A stretch of 64,000 nt of DNA from the NCBI GenBank assembly GCA_030390025.1, contig CM059446.1, positions 2,914,001 to 2,978,000 on the forward strand, given 5' to 3'. A model generated the notes under the pieces. The model ran no database searches. It saw nothing but the letters and a program-made list of their open reading frames with translations, and was not told the origin of the DNA. Shown here piece after piece: positions 39,478 to 51,442 of the stretch; within the stretch, counting starts at the first letter, position 1; every line of letters starts with the position of its first letter. The DNA is from Squalus acanthias. Its lineage: Eukaryota. The position numbers were made by a program, and so were the translations under genes.

Positions 39478-40052
39478 CCTTGGTGAGGCCACACCTGGAG
39501 TATTGTGTGCAGTTTTGGTTTCCTAACTTGAGGAAGGACATTCTTGCTATTGAGGGAGTGCAACGAAGGTTCACTAGATTGATTCCTGGGATGGCCAGAC
39601 TGACATATCAAGAAAGACTGGATCAACTGAACTTGTATCCTCTGGAGTTCAGAAGAATGAGGGGGGATCTTATAGAGACGTTTAAAATCCTGACTGGTTT
39701 AGACAAATTAGATGCGGGCAGAATGTTTCCAATGTTAGGGAAAACTAAAACCAGGGGTCACAGTCTAAGGATAATGGGGAAGCCATTTAAGACTGAGATG
39801 AGGAGGAACTTCTTCACCCAGAGAGTGGTGAATCTGTGGAATTCTCTACCACAGAAGGTTGTTGAGGCCAGTTCGCTAAATATATTCAAAAGGGAGTTAG
39901 ATATAATACTCACAACTAGGGGGGATCAAGGGGTATGGCGAGAAAGCAGGAATGGGGTACTGAGGTAGCATGTTCAGCCATGAACGCATTAAATGGCGGT
40001 GCAGGCTCGAAGGACCGAATGGTCTACCCCTGCACCTATTTTCTATGTTTCT
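39478..40052 (+). mobile_element. CR1 LINE 3' end, young copy
   Basis: Open 162-aa frame VRPHLEYCVQFW...VQRRFTRLIPGM...RGDLIETFKIL...WNSLP plus 3' UTR. Confidence 0.94.
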
Positions 40053-40514
40053 AATATGGGGAAAATGCTGCTTTTGTGACATTGTCGTGCACAGTATGCC
40101 TGGCCGCAGATGGACAGGTATCTGATCGCCCCACGGACCCCATTTGGAAAATCTGTGACCCAGAGTGGTGCACCATCAGTTGATTTTAAGACTCTGGAAG
40201 CTACTGAAAAAGGCTAGAGCACCATTGCGACCAGAGACATCCAGGTCCACTTAAGCGTATACGAAACAAAGAAATTTCCAGAATCTTTTCTAAACGCTGT
40301 ATGGCGCGGTTTACATAGAATTACTAGGTTTTTAATGAACATCTTGCTTCGCGTATAATTTTTGGGAATACAGTAATTAAGGAATAATGTTGTAGAATGA
40401 AGCGTCACCCTTTGAAGACTGGACTAATTAAAGACTTAATTATACCGTGTTATTTATTCAGCTCTTTCAGTAAAGCAAGTGTTCATGTCTCTTCGATTTT
40501 TGTGCCTCCTTTAG

Positions 40515-40648
40515 TTTCTGCACATACAGTGACAAGAAAACACTTCTCTCTGCCTGAAAGAGGTCGATCAAAGACTCCAACCGCAGAGATTGAGCGCAGT
40601 GCTTATGGGGCAGTATCCTCCGGAGCACCCGTACCAGTCAGTGCAAAG
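40515..40648 (+). CDS. USP54: USP54 exon (SAHTVTRKHFSLPERGRSKTPTAEIERS...VSAK)
   Basis: ctttag acceptor, gtactt donor, 134 nt, phase 1-0; matches recalled human SKTSTAEME. Confidence 0.85.
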
Positions 40649-41662
40649 GTACTTGAAAACTTAGCAGGAAAAGATACTTATTGTCCCTTTGCTTTATCAA
40701 TTTTATTCAGAAGTGAATAGAAAATGTCTTATCTATCCTATGATGTTGCCTATCATGTGTACTAATTTCCATTAAATTGGCAGTCTCTCTCAGGCTATCA
40801 ATATGGGTGGTGTTGGATTTGGGAATATCATGGTGTATTGGGGGGAAAAGGGGTACTCTTCTAAACTGAAGTTAAAGGAAAAGGCAAGTTTTGTGGAGTC
40901 CTTTTAATTCAAAGTACTCCCCTATTGCTAATTAATTTTTTCCTCCAGTAGAGATGTGGCTCTTGGCTGCTTCAGCAGCGTTGCTGACGGGGAAGAACCA
41001 CCATTCTCCCCCAGCCCGAGGAGCTGCTCCATCATTGCAATGGGAGTGGTGACTTTGGAGCGACATGGGAGCAGGTAGGAGCTGCCTGACCATGTGGAAA
41101 GCCATGGCTAGCTGTTGCTCGATTGGGCAATGCAAGCTGTGCTTTTAATGGGCAGCACCAATCTTCTCATGAGGATCCTACAGAAATGAAGCACTGTGTT
41201 ATGAAGAATCCATTTAAAAGCTGGTCAAGAACCAGCCATAACTATTGACGGTAGATGAGTCAAGGTTGGGAGTTTGCTATCCTGTTGCGTTATTTTATAT
41301 GCTACCAAGGTTTACATACAGTTACTGCATTAAGCAGTGAGGTTAGTTAATGCATGATCCAAATGCAATTCAAAGTCTCCCTAGACTTTAACTTTTGTGC
41401 TGTTCTCCAAGTATCCACTACTTGGATGCTTCCTTTCACTGTAAGCTCTGCCACGTTTAGTTTAGATTACTGTTATATCCATTTATGACCAATATAAATG
41501 GTTAGAGTTTCTGAAGAGACCTCCACTCTTTAGCCTTTAGCTGGATTTATTCTGAGCCCCTGTACTTGAAAGTAGATGTATTTTGCTTTGTTATATAACT
41601 TTTGCTGCCGTCATGAGGGTTTAATCAGTTTCGTATTTATTTTTATCCTCTAACCTGATAAG

Positions 41663-41803
41663 GTACACTTCAATGAATTTGCTCCAAGAGAAAATGTGGA
41701 AAATGATGACTACAGTGCCGAGAATTTCCGTCGTATCGCTCGCAGCCTGAGTGGAACCATCCTTGCTAACAGAGATAATCCTGTGGTTACTTCTCACAGT
41801 GTC
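41663..41803 (+). CDS. USP54: USP54 exon (VHFNEF...DDYSAENFRRIARSLSGTIL...SHSV)
   Basis: gataag acceptor with ctaac branch point, gtaagt donor, 141 nt, phase 0-0; matches recalled human YSAENLRRISRSLSGT. Confidence 0.9.
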
Positions 41804-41994
41804 GTAAGTAAACTTCCTGCGGCAATATAGACCTGTAAATGATAAAATGTTTTGTGTATTCTAGTGTTATGATCTTAGTAAATTGCTTAACATTGTGGAA
41901 GAGGTTTAGGGGAATAAATTTGAAGCAATTCATTTTCTGTCTGTCTTTTTGGAAAGTCTCTGCATATAACAGTCATGTCCATTTATGTTGCAAG

Positions 41995-42190
41995 GAAACA
42001 ACAACCCTGAGAAAGCACGTGGAGCCTCGAAAAAGATCGGTCAGTTCCTCTTCCTTGACCACGTCCCAAGCTCCCTCCCATGATCCTATTGTGTTAACCT
42101 CTTGCCCTCAGCACCATCCCTACCTAGCACAGCACCTTTCGTCTGATCCACTGCAGCCCAGCAAGGCTGGTGAGGCAAACAGAGCATCAG
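41995..42190 (+). CDS. USP54: USP54 exon (ETTTLRKHVEPRKRSVSSSSL...HDP...AGEANRAS)
   Basis: tgcaag acceptor, gtaatc donor, 196 nt, phase 0-1. Confidence 0.85.
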
Positions 42191-42754
42191 GTAATCTTGG
42201 CTTCGCTACTTGCATTTGCATCTCCTTTTCTGTACGTTTATCCATCGTATGTAAGGTTGCATGACTGACTGTCCTTGTCCGGCTCATTTCCCTTCCATGT
42301 TGTATTATCATTACTTCTGAGCTGGTCTTCAAATATGAAATGATCATCAACATGGTATTGAAGTTGTTGGCAGAGATTACTTTACATGGCAACTTTTTTT
42401 TGCAGCATGTTTTAATGTTTACTGGCATTAAGTGCAAGAGGCAGCATTAGTTTGACCAGGCACCGAGGCGTTATAATTGTAACATCCAGATTCAGCATAG
42501 AGCAGTAATTTGAAAAATGCTAATGCACTATAATTTCTGACCGGTTCATGGCATTTTGTTGTTTTAATATTGTAGTAATATTTAAAATTATTAAATAACC
42601 AGAAACAAAACGTAGCAAGGTTGCAACAGGTTAAATCTGATGCATCGTGAATGGATGCAATGTTACAGTTATATAGGAGTTCATCAAAATTGTTTGTGCC
42701 TACTTTGAAATTGTTACCATTGGGATCTTGTAAAGCAATTTTTAAAATACCATG

Positions 42755-43240
42755 ACATTATGGCCATAGAGAGGGTGCAGAAGAGAGTCGCTAAGATGGT
42801 ACCAGAAATTAGAAGCTTTCATTGAGTTGAGACTAAAGAAACTGGGGCTCTCGTCACTACATCAGAGAAGCTAAGAGAGATCTGATCAAGATGTTCAAAA
42901 TTGTGTGAATGAATGAATAAATAAATAAGGGAAAACTATTTTCATTGTTCACTGAACCAGTAATTAGAAGTCATAAATTTAAGATCATCAATAGATCGAA
43001 GGGGTGATTAGAATTTTTTTTTTAAATGCAGAGTTGTTGGCGCATGAAATGCTCAACTCGAAACAGTGGTGGAAACAGAATTAATCATGACTTCTAAAAA
43101 GGAAGTGGATAAATATTTGAAAATTACAAATTTAAAACAGTACACAGAAGTGGCAAGAAACTACAACTAAGTGGATAGCTCTTTCAGAGAGCCAGTATCG
43201 GCACAATGGGCCGAATAGTCTCCTCCTGTGCTGAAGACGA
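42755..43240 (+). mobile_element. Degraded CR1 3' fragment
   Basis: gacattatggccatagagagggtgcagaagaga...gatctgatcaagatgttcaaa...aatgggccgaatagtctcctcctgtg. Confidence 0.75.
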
Positions 43241-43848
43241 GTGATGATTGTTGCTGATCTACAGGGCCATTAATGTCATTTAAAAAGCCACCTGTGAAAG
43301 TGAAGGACTTGAATGGTACCTTGTTCTTATTCGGTCTAACATTGGTAAATTCTATGAATGCAGGTGAAATATTGTGCTCGTATCTGATGCAGTAATGGAC
43401 ACCACACAGCATCAGTAACAGAGGCAACTTCGTTACAAACCCTTTAAGCCAGATGTAACAAGTGATTTTGTGGCTAAATGTCTGCTAGGATACATTAAAA
43501 CAATTATTTGCACTAATATATAAAAATATTTTTCATGACTTGAGAAGAAATCTGTGGGTATACAAAATGTCCTCTTGCTCACTCGCTCTCCAGCTCTTGA
43601 TGTGTAGCTGAAGACTACGTCTGGAATTTCTCCGGGGATTCTTGTGATGATCTGCCATAACTTCGGCAGAAGTTGGGTTGGGGCAGCCGTTTCTCCAAGG
43701 TTTCTACCAAAATTACAGTGGGCCATTGGGGAACCAGTGTGGAAGTTCTTGTGCTAGATTTTTGAATGTGTAGTTAATACAGTTTTCTCCCTGATCAAAA
43801 TCCTCAGTAATTTTAGGAGCTTACCTTTTCTGTTTCTTGTGAAAGCAG

Positions 43849-44585
43849 ATAAGAACATCGAAAAATTTCTGGCTGTGTTTGACCGGGGTGAAGCTCTCAA
43901 CCATGAGAACTACCAGAACGTTGCAGTGAACTATGGCACACTGCCACGCTCTCAGAAGAGTTTGAGTAAAGGACAGAGAGCCACCAGAATAGACCAGATG
44001 CACGTTGAGAATAAGAATGTCATCAAACAGAGACTGGCTCAAGGCAACCGAGCAGTTCTTCCAGACAAGAGAAAAGTGGAGCAACTTCGCAGAGATCCAT
44101 CCAGCATAACCGCATTGAGCAGGCCTCCACACCAAACTAGGACTGAGGTGCCCGATAGTTATGGTTGCGCTGACCGTTTTCCTGTGCATTACAGACCTGG
44201 CCAGAACACTTTTCCAAAAAACAACAACGCGGCAAATACCTTGGACCCTCCAAAATCCCCTTATAACAAGTCTTCATGCTCCAAGACTGCAGGTCCAGTC
44301 CGCCTTGATGTTCCTCCAGATGAGGATTGGAGGAAGGCATCTTTTACCCAGCCTCAGCCCAGTGAGAGGAAGCATTTGGCCCCTCGCACTACTGCAAGGA
44401 CCAGCGATACTGGAGTGTATACGAGACGGCCATCTGCTGGCCGACCAATGGCGGAGCAGACTACTCCACAGCTAGCCACCTGGGGGCGTCAGTGCGCTTT
44501 ATGCCAGCTGGTGTTCATCGATGCTGCCGAGGTGTACTGCCGGAACTGCAGTGTGTACATGGCGCGGTTTAAGCCACGACACTGA
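43849..44585 (+). CDS. USP54: USP54 last coding exon (KNIEKFLAVFDRGE...NYGTLPRS...GPVRLDVPPDEDWR...CALC...CRNC...KPRH*)
   Basis: AAGCAG tandem acceptor (start 43846 or 43849), phase 1, stop TGA at 44583-44585; matches recalled human FLAMCDRGE and GPRRVDMPPDDDWR. Confidence 0.92.
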
Positions 44586-46574
44586 CCCTTGTGATCGAGG
44601 TCAGCCAAAAGCAATGACTGTCAGAAGCAATTTATCTTAAAGTAGGCTAATGCTTGGACTAAACACTGGTACTGCCACTAACTGAATGTATAGGAAACAC
44701 TGTAAAAATGATCACTTACCAACTGTGATGTTAAAAATTGAAAGTGCATTTAATGGTTGGTATAAATGAAAAATTATGAAGGCTAAAGATTGAATGTATT
44801 TAAATTATAAAACCTAAAATTAAAACTTTTCAGTTACTATTTAGGAATTGTGTTTAGAGTTCTGATGCTGGATATAATAACTGCACTGCTCTCCTGTGGA
44901 TAGACAGAATAATTTTTTGCTGTACCACAGTAATAGCCACTCTACTAATTTGGATCTTTACACTGATATAAAATGTGCAGCATTCTGTACTACAGTATAA
45001 TGATCTAAATGCCTTTTGTGGTTTACATATTGTCAAGTTGCAACAGGCATTTTCTGATGTAATTGTAATAAAGACAATTTAATAACCCATTTAACTCATT
45101 CCAAATCGATCAAGTTGAAATGTTATGTATGAAAATAAATTACAGAAGGCCACTTTAACATTGTATTTTAACAAACCTCAAATTCTGGTTAGGACTCGGT
45201 GGTTCCAACATCTCGAAACTTATTAAAGGTGACCGTAAAATTATGCCGCAGGATCCCAGCTTACGGATGTTTAATGCGTTCCTCTGAAATCGCTGTCTCT
45301 GCTATTTTAGCAGAGGTGTTTGCCCATTTAATGTAATCAGGTTACCACTTCCACTAAAATAGTGGAGAGAGGAATTGGATGGATCCATTCAGCTTCTGTA
45401 GACTAGCGTCTCGGCTCTTCTGTCTCTGAACCCTATTCATTCTTTTAATGAAGTGAAGTGGCTGCAGGACAAACGACTGTCAGCTTGACCTGCAAAAACA
45501 TTGTTCTGTCAATTCTTGGGCTTGAAGGGGTTAAAAGACAAACAATTACACAATAATTCAGCTTACTGTGTAGGTTTAGTACAATTGTAGTTCTGTTTGG
45601 TTGCAGCCTGAGGTCGTGCTTGTACTTACCATTTGTGAACAGCTTGTTTTTTCTATAACACATGAAGGAGCTAAAACATGTCTGTTATGACTGCCCACAT
45701 GGAAGACACCGTGACACTTTATTCACTGTCCCGTATATTTGTATATAATTGAAATTGTACTTGATTGTAGGCCTGATGTGAGAGACAGCGTGGGTGTTGT
45801 TTCACTGAGGGCCATGAGGGATGAGAAGCTGCTGTTAAAAAATAGTGAAGGATGCAGGTTAAAATGTAATTATTGAAGAAGTACATGTATACCCGGTCAC
45901 TGGGCATGAGTACGATGGTGTGATAAATTGGGGAAAATTAGTTTTGATGTATGAAGATTGGATAACTAGAAGGAAGTTAGAAGGCAACAAGACAGTCATA
46001 TTTAGAGGACTTCACCCATCGGAGTAAAGCTTCAGCTGCTGGCACACGTGAGCTCTGACTCTGATTGCCTTTAATTTCCTCCTACTCGTCTGTTATTTTT
46101 ATAATGTGTACGATTCTGATTTTTATTTGTGGAAGTCTGTAAAGTTCGTAGTGACTTGCCAGTATTCCGAACTGCTGAAGATCCATGTGAAGTGTTGCCA
46201 GTAAATGCTTCTCAAGCTATTGTGATGTCTGCAGAGTCATGATGTTGGTGGTGCCACTGGTGAAAGGGTATTGCGAGGTACTTTTCTGCAGTGAGTACCG
46301 GGCCATTCACGCCCTTGTGTATATCCTATAAGATTACCCAATGATGAAAGTTACAGGTGTACAGTTGTGGGGTTGAGAGATTTTATTGTAGAAAACTGTT
46401 TACAGATTTTTACTGTAATTTCATAATTGTCTGCTTAGTAAAGCTTGATATTCTTGCTAATGTATTACTGTTAAAATGTGTACAGCTTTGACAGCCAATG
46501 AAATGTGAATTGGAAAATTTCTGTACCTATTGGTATTTAATTGCAGTGCTAGGAAATGCGACTCATATTTTTGC

Positions 46575-46580
46575 AATAAA
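46575..46580 (+). terminator. Likely USP54 polyadenylation signal
   Basis: AATAAA followed about 20 nt later by GU/U-rich tttgggtctgtcgttggtct, just before SINE-rich intergenic DNA begins; further AATAAA at 45067 and about 45134. Confidence 0.55.
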
Positions 46581-46749
46581 GTATTCAAATGTGCTAATAA
46601 TTTGGGTCTGTCGTTGGTCTGACCCTGATGATGAACAAACGGTTTAAGACGAGAAGTGACGTGTCTTTTTTTCCATTGGGAATTGTTGCAAACAGTTTGT
46701 TCCTTCACTAGCTGACAGAGGTTTATTTAGTGAACTGCACAAGTCAGGA

Positions 46750-47132
46750 AAGGTCTTGCATTTATAAAGCACCTTTCGTGTCCTCATGCTGCCCAAAGGA
46801 TCTTCACTGCCGATTAATTACTGTTAAAGCGTCATCACTGTTGTTTGGCAGGGCAACACGCCAACCAATTTGCGCAGAGCAAGGTTCCACAAACAGCATA
46901 AGGTAAATGACTAGTTAATTTGTTCTTGTTGGTTGAGGTATAAATGTTAGCCCGGACACTGGGAGAACTCCCCTGTTCTTTGCACAGTGTCATGGGATGT
47001 TTTCCACCTATTTGAACAGGCAGACGGGGCCTCGGTTTGAACAGGCAAACGGGGCCTCGGTTTAACGTCTCTTCTGAAAGACAGCATCTCTGACAATGCA
47101 ACGCTCCCTCAGTACTGCACAGAAGTGTCAGC
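46750..47132 (-). mobile_element. Deu-domain SINE with an internal 25-bp tandem duplication (47011-47060)
   Basis: Homologous to 3409-3833. Confidence 0.85.
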
Positions 47133-47923
47133 TTCGAGTATTCGGAAGGCCACAGGATTGATCCCGAATGATAAAGGGGCTATAATTGCCATCCGAGCTC
47201 AGGAGGTAAAACTGGCCATGGTTACAAATGAGCAAGTGCTTGTAATCAGACCAGATTTTACCGATGATAAACATTGATGATCAGTTATATGCATTGTTAA
47301 ATCATTTGTACAGCCAGTTAAGATAAATTTACTCTCTTATTATGTTATTTAAAAAAAGTATAAATGTGGGTCAGACACTGCAGTGCTCCTCTCTCACGCA
47401 ATGCTTGGGTCATAGTTCCAGAACTGCCTGTCACAGTTACAATCAAAATATTCCAAAGTGTTAGGTGGAGTGATTTGGCACAAGTGTGCCTCCTAGTAAC
47501 TGATCTGCAAGAAGTTCTCGCAAAGCTGGTAATTGAACCGTGCTGTCTTGGATCCAGGAGGTTGGGAAGAGATGTACAAAAAAAATCAAAAATGTGCTTG
47601 AGCAGAAAAACCACTATCACCTGAACTGATGTTTAATTGATAGGTATTTGCACAACTGCCTCCCTTTTTCCCCCTTGGGAGGCAATTAGATATTGAAGCA
47701 ACTATTTGGACAATGAAAGTAAGGCAAATGTGATGAAGAGTTCACCAACTTGCTATCTACATTAATAATCTGTGTTTACTGGGCTATCAAAATAATAAAT
47801 ACCAATGCAACAGGTTATCCTGAAACTTTGACCTCATAAACTGCCTTCATATCTGTTTATAAATAAGGCACTGAGGAAAAATAAAGCCAAAGGTGTAATA
47901 AGCAGCCACGATGTGTTTAAGAT

Positions 47924-48360
47924 GCCAGCCATGGCTCAGTAGTAACACTCACCTCCGAGTCAGAAGGTTCCACTGCAAAGACTTGAGCGCAAAATCTAAG
48001 CTGTCACTTCAGTGCAATACTGAGGGAGTGCTGCACTGTCGGAGGTGCTGTCTTTTGGATGAAACATTAAGCCAAGGCCCCATCTGCCCCCTTAGATGGA
48101 CTTAAAAGATCCCATGGCATTATTTCGAAGAAGAGTAGGGGAGTACTTCACAGTGTCCTGATCAACATTTATCCCTCAACCAACATCACTAAAACAAACT
48201 ACCTGGTGTCATTCCTGTTTGTGGGACTATGTGCAAATTGGTTGCCTTGTTTCCCTACATTACAACAGTGACTGTACTTCAAAAGTACTACATTGGCTGT
48301 AAAATGCTTTGGGGCATCCTGAGCTCATGAAAGGTGCTGTATAAATGGGAGTTATTTTCT
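47924..48360 (+). mobile_element. Deu-domain SINE with tRNA-like head
   Basis: A box tggctcagtag, Deu core and tail aaggtgctgtataaatg. Confidence 0.85.
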
Positions 48361-48719
48361 ATTGATACAATTTGATTGTTTTCCCCACAACCACACTGAC
48401 CTCTTCAGTAGGAAGGGTAGGACATTCTTATGCATTTTGGTTCAATTATCTTCTGACACATACTTGCTCAAGCAGGCTAGGCTACAGATGGGTAGTAATG
48501 GAAAAGCCAACTTTGTGAATGAACTTATGCACCCATCCAATGCTGCCTCTTGAGTGTACGGACCTGACCACTCCTCCTCCTCCCTTTCCCTCTGCTGTAT
48601 CTCCGTCTTCAACCACCGCCTGACTTTGTACATTTCTTTTTATTGCTTATGCTGCTTCCTCTCATCATTGTTCTTTTACTATAAATGGCCTCTCAGATGA
48701 TACAACTATTCTAGCATTA

Positions 48720-49250
48720 TTAGAATCACGCAGCACTGAAGGAGAATATTTGGCCCATCGTGCCTGTGCTGGCTCTCCTGCTCTTTCCCCAATGTTTTCC
48801 TTTTCAAGTATTTATCCAAATCCCATTTGAACGTTACTGTTGAATCTGCTTTCAGGCAGTGCATTCCTAGATCATAACATGTTGTGCAAACCATTGCTCC
48901 TTATGTCACCTCTGGTTCTTTTGCCAATTATTTTAAATCTTTGTCCTCTGGTTACTGACCCTCCTGCCAGTGGAAACAGTTTCTCTTTATTTACTCGTTC
49001 AAAAGCACTCATGATTTTGAACGCCTTTATTAAATCTCCCCTTAACCTTCTCTGCTCCAAGGAGAACAATCCCAGCTTTTCTAATCTCTAAACCCTCATC
49101 CCTGCTATCATTCTGGCAAATCTGCACCCTCTCCAAGGCCTTGACATCCTTCCTAAATATGATGCCCAGAACTGGACACAGTGCTCCAGTTGAGGCCTAA
49201 GCAGTGATTTATGAAGGTTTAACCTAACTTCCTTGCTTTTGTACTCTATT
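48720..49250 (-). mobile_element. CR1 3' fragment
   Basis: Minus-strand LRPQLEHCVQFW, FSLEQRRLRGDLIKAFKIM, TRGQRFKII. Confidence 0.9.
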
Positions 49251-50203
49251 AGTGCGAGTGGAGGAAACATGCCATGTTCACTTACACTGGAGCTTGATTA
49301 GTCCAGCCCCATCGTGTACTCTGGCACTGTGGGCCAAGGGAAGGAGCAGCAGTAGTGATGGGGATGTATATCTGAAGTGGAGAAGAGAGTGGGATTCTGA
49401 CGGATGACTGGACAAAGGCATTTTGGAAATGTAAGGTTACTCATCAATCTCCACTCAAATTTGTTGGTTATTATTTGAGTAGCAGATCTTCTGCACCTCT
49501 CATTACCCCAGGAAGGGTGAAAAACCATGGAATGGATTACTTTATATCCATGATCTTTACCACAGTCTTTACTACTGTTTGAGTGGAAAGAAAATAACTT
49601 CCATCTGGCCTGATTAGTGAAAGGAAAACGAATGTATATTGTGTAATGTTGATAAACTAAATAGAATCTGTCAGTGATGTGAGTTAAGTGTTTGTTGAAA
49701 TGTACCATTTATCTCTCATGCTGATCTCACGTGCATTTTAATGCGGGCAAAATTAAACCTTTTACTTTTAGTGGCTAAGGGCAAGAAACGTTGAGTCTCC
49801 ATTTCATATTTGATTATTACATCTTAAAATTGTAGCTTTAAATTCTATGCAGGGTTAAACTATTGTAAATAGAGACTCCAATTTTACTTTGATTCAGGAA
49901 CTTTCCAAATACAAGGTTTCATTTTTATTTACGAGCTTTTGCTTGCAGAAAAGCATGTGATTTTTCCCCCTCGCCTCTCCTCCTCCTCTCCCCAATCCTG
50001 CTCTGTATCCCAGCTTCAGCCTGGAATGCTCCATTAGTTCTTATTGTAAGGAGCAGCTTCTCGCTGTTGTTCTCCTGCAGAAAAGATTCCAGCCTTTCCT
50101 TTGATATCACGTTGGGTCATTTTCCAGACAGAATAAGTGAAATTTTGTCGTCTTGGGTGTTTTAGCAATCACATTCTACAATTGTTTTTTCTAAAAAAAA
50201 AAT

Positions 50204-51057
50204 GAAGGCCAATCGCCTTGCTCATATTAGAAGGCCAATCGCCTTGCTCATATTAGAAGGCCAATCGCCTTGCTCATATTAGAAGGCCAATCGCCTTGCT
50301 CATATTAGAAGGCCAATCGCCTTGCTCATATTAGAAGGCCAATCGCCTTGCTCATATTAGAAGGCCAATCGCCTTGCTCATATTAGAAGGCCAATCGCCT
50401 TGCTCATATTAGAAGGCCAATCGCCTTGCTCATATTAGAAGGCCAATCGCCTTGCTCATATTAGAAGGCCAATCGCCTTGCTCATATTAGAAGGCCAATC
50501 GCCTTGCTCATGTTAGAAGGCTATTCGAAGGCCAATCGCCTTGCTCATATTAGAAGGCCAATCGCCTTGCTCATATTAGAAGGCCAATCGCCTTGCTCAT
50601 ATTAGAAGGCCAATCGCCTTGCTCATATTAGAAGGCCAATCGCCTTGCTCATATTAGAAGGCCAATCGCCTTGCTCATATTAGAAGGCCAATCGCCTTGC
50701 TCATATTAGAAGGCCAATCGCCTTGCTCATATTAGAAGGCCAATCGCCTTGCTCATATTAGAAGGCCAATCGCCTTGCTCATATTAGAAGGCCAATCGCC
50801 TTGCTCATATTAGAAGGCCAATCGCCTTGCTCATATTAGAAGGCCAATCGCCTTGCCTTGCTCATATTAGAAGGCCAATCGCCTTGCTCATATTAGAAGG
50901 CCAATCGCCTTGCTCATATTAGAAGGCCAATCGCCTTGCTCATATTAGAAGGCCAATCGCCTTGCTCATATTAGAAGGCCAATCGCCTTGCTCATATTAG
51001 AAGGCCAATCGCCTTGCTCATATTAGAAGGCCAATCGCCTTGCTCATATTAGAAGGC
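50204..51057. repeat. Minisatellite: 32 units of 26 bp (GAAGGCCAATCGCCTTGCTCATATTA)
   Basis: Counted directly: 12 units, an 11-nt insert (50516-50526), 12 units, one 31-nt unit with duplicated CCTTG, 7 units, then a partial unit. Confidence 0.98.
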
Positions 51058-51442
51058 TTGCTATGATGCTTACTGTTTGTAAGGAGTGGTAGATTTTCAA
51101 TTGTTAGCAGGTGCCTTGTTTTTCTGACTGGAAATAAAATTCAGGAGAATGAAAATAGACTGCTGAAATCAGAAGTTAAAACAGGAAATTATACAAATGC
51201 ATAGCAGTGCTGCTTCCTTCTGAAAGAAAGATGGGTTAAAGTTTTAGATGTACCTCTACATTAGAAGTCTGGGCCCCACTGAAAATGTCGATCGGTCTTT
51301 CTCTTTCAGATGCTGACTGTTCCGCTGTGTGTTTCCCACACTTTCCTCATACAAAGGACTGAAAAAAATGCATTTTATTAGAACAGAACACACTGGAGAG
51401 AAGCTGTTGATTTGTTTCTATCTGGTTCTCTCAATGTAGATA

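Larger units (their letters stand above)
848..44585 (+). other. USP54: USP54 gene span in window (ubiquitin-specific peptidase 54; 5'-partial, 18 coding exons)
   Basis: Spliced exons join in frame (5109 nt). The product matches recalled human USP54: USP domain ([20 protein letters not shown]...[28 protein letters not shown]), RDWEIESTSSESKSSSS, QRMESGYESSERNS, a coiled coil with [10 protein letters not shown], an MIT domain (which distinguishes it from USP53) and SELESLYQASLQAS. Confidence 0.96.

Noticed and set aside
39480-39968. Functional reverse transcriptase gene
   Set aside because: Only the 3' end of a truncated CR1 ORF2; all LINE copies in the window are truncated or frameshifted.
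43839-44585. Stand-alone 248-aa gene (likewise 20591..21358)
   Set aside because: Both are USP54 exons bounded by in-phase splice sites.
848-44585. USP53 instead of USP54
   Set aside because: The MIT-domain exons and C-terminal motifs match USP54.
47924-47975. tRNA gene
   Set aside because: It is the tRNA-derived head of a SINE with the B box deleted, and there is no cloverleaf.
50204-51057. CRISPR array (26-bp repeat with internal hairpin)
   Set aside because: Units are head-to-tail with no unique spacers, there are no cas genes, and the context is a vertebrate genome.
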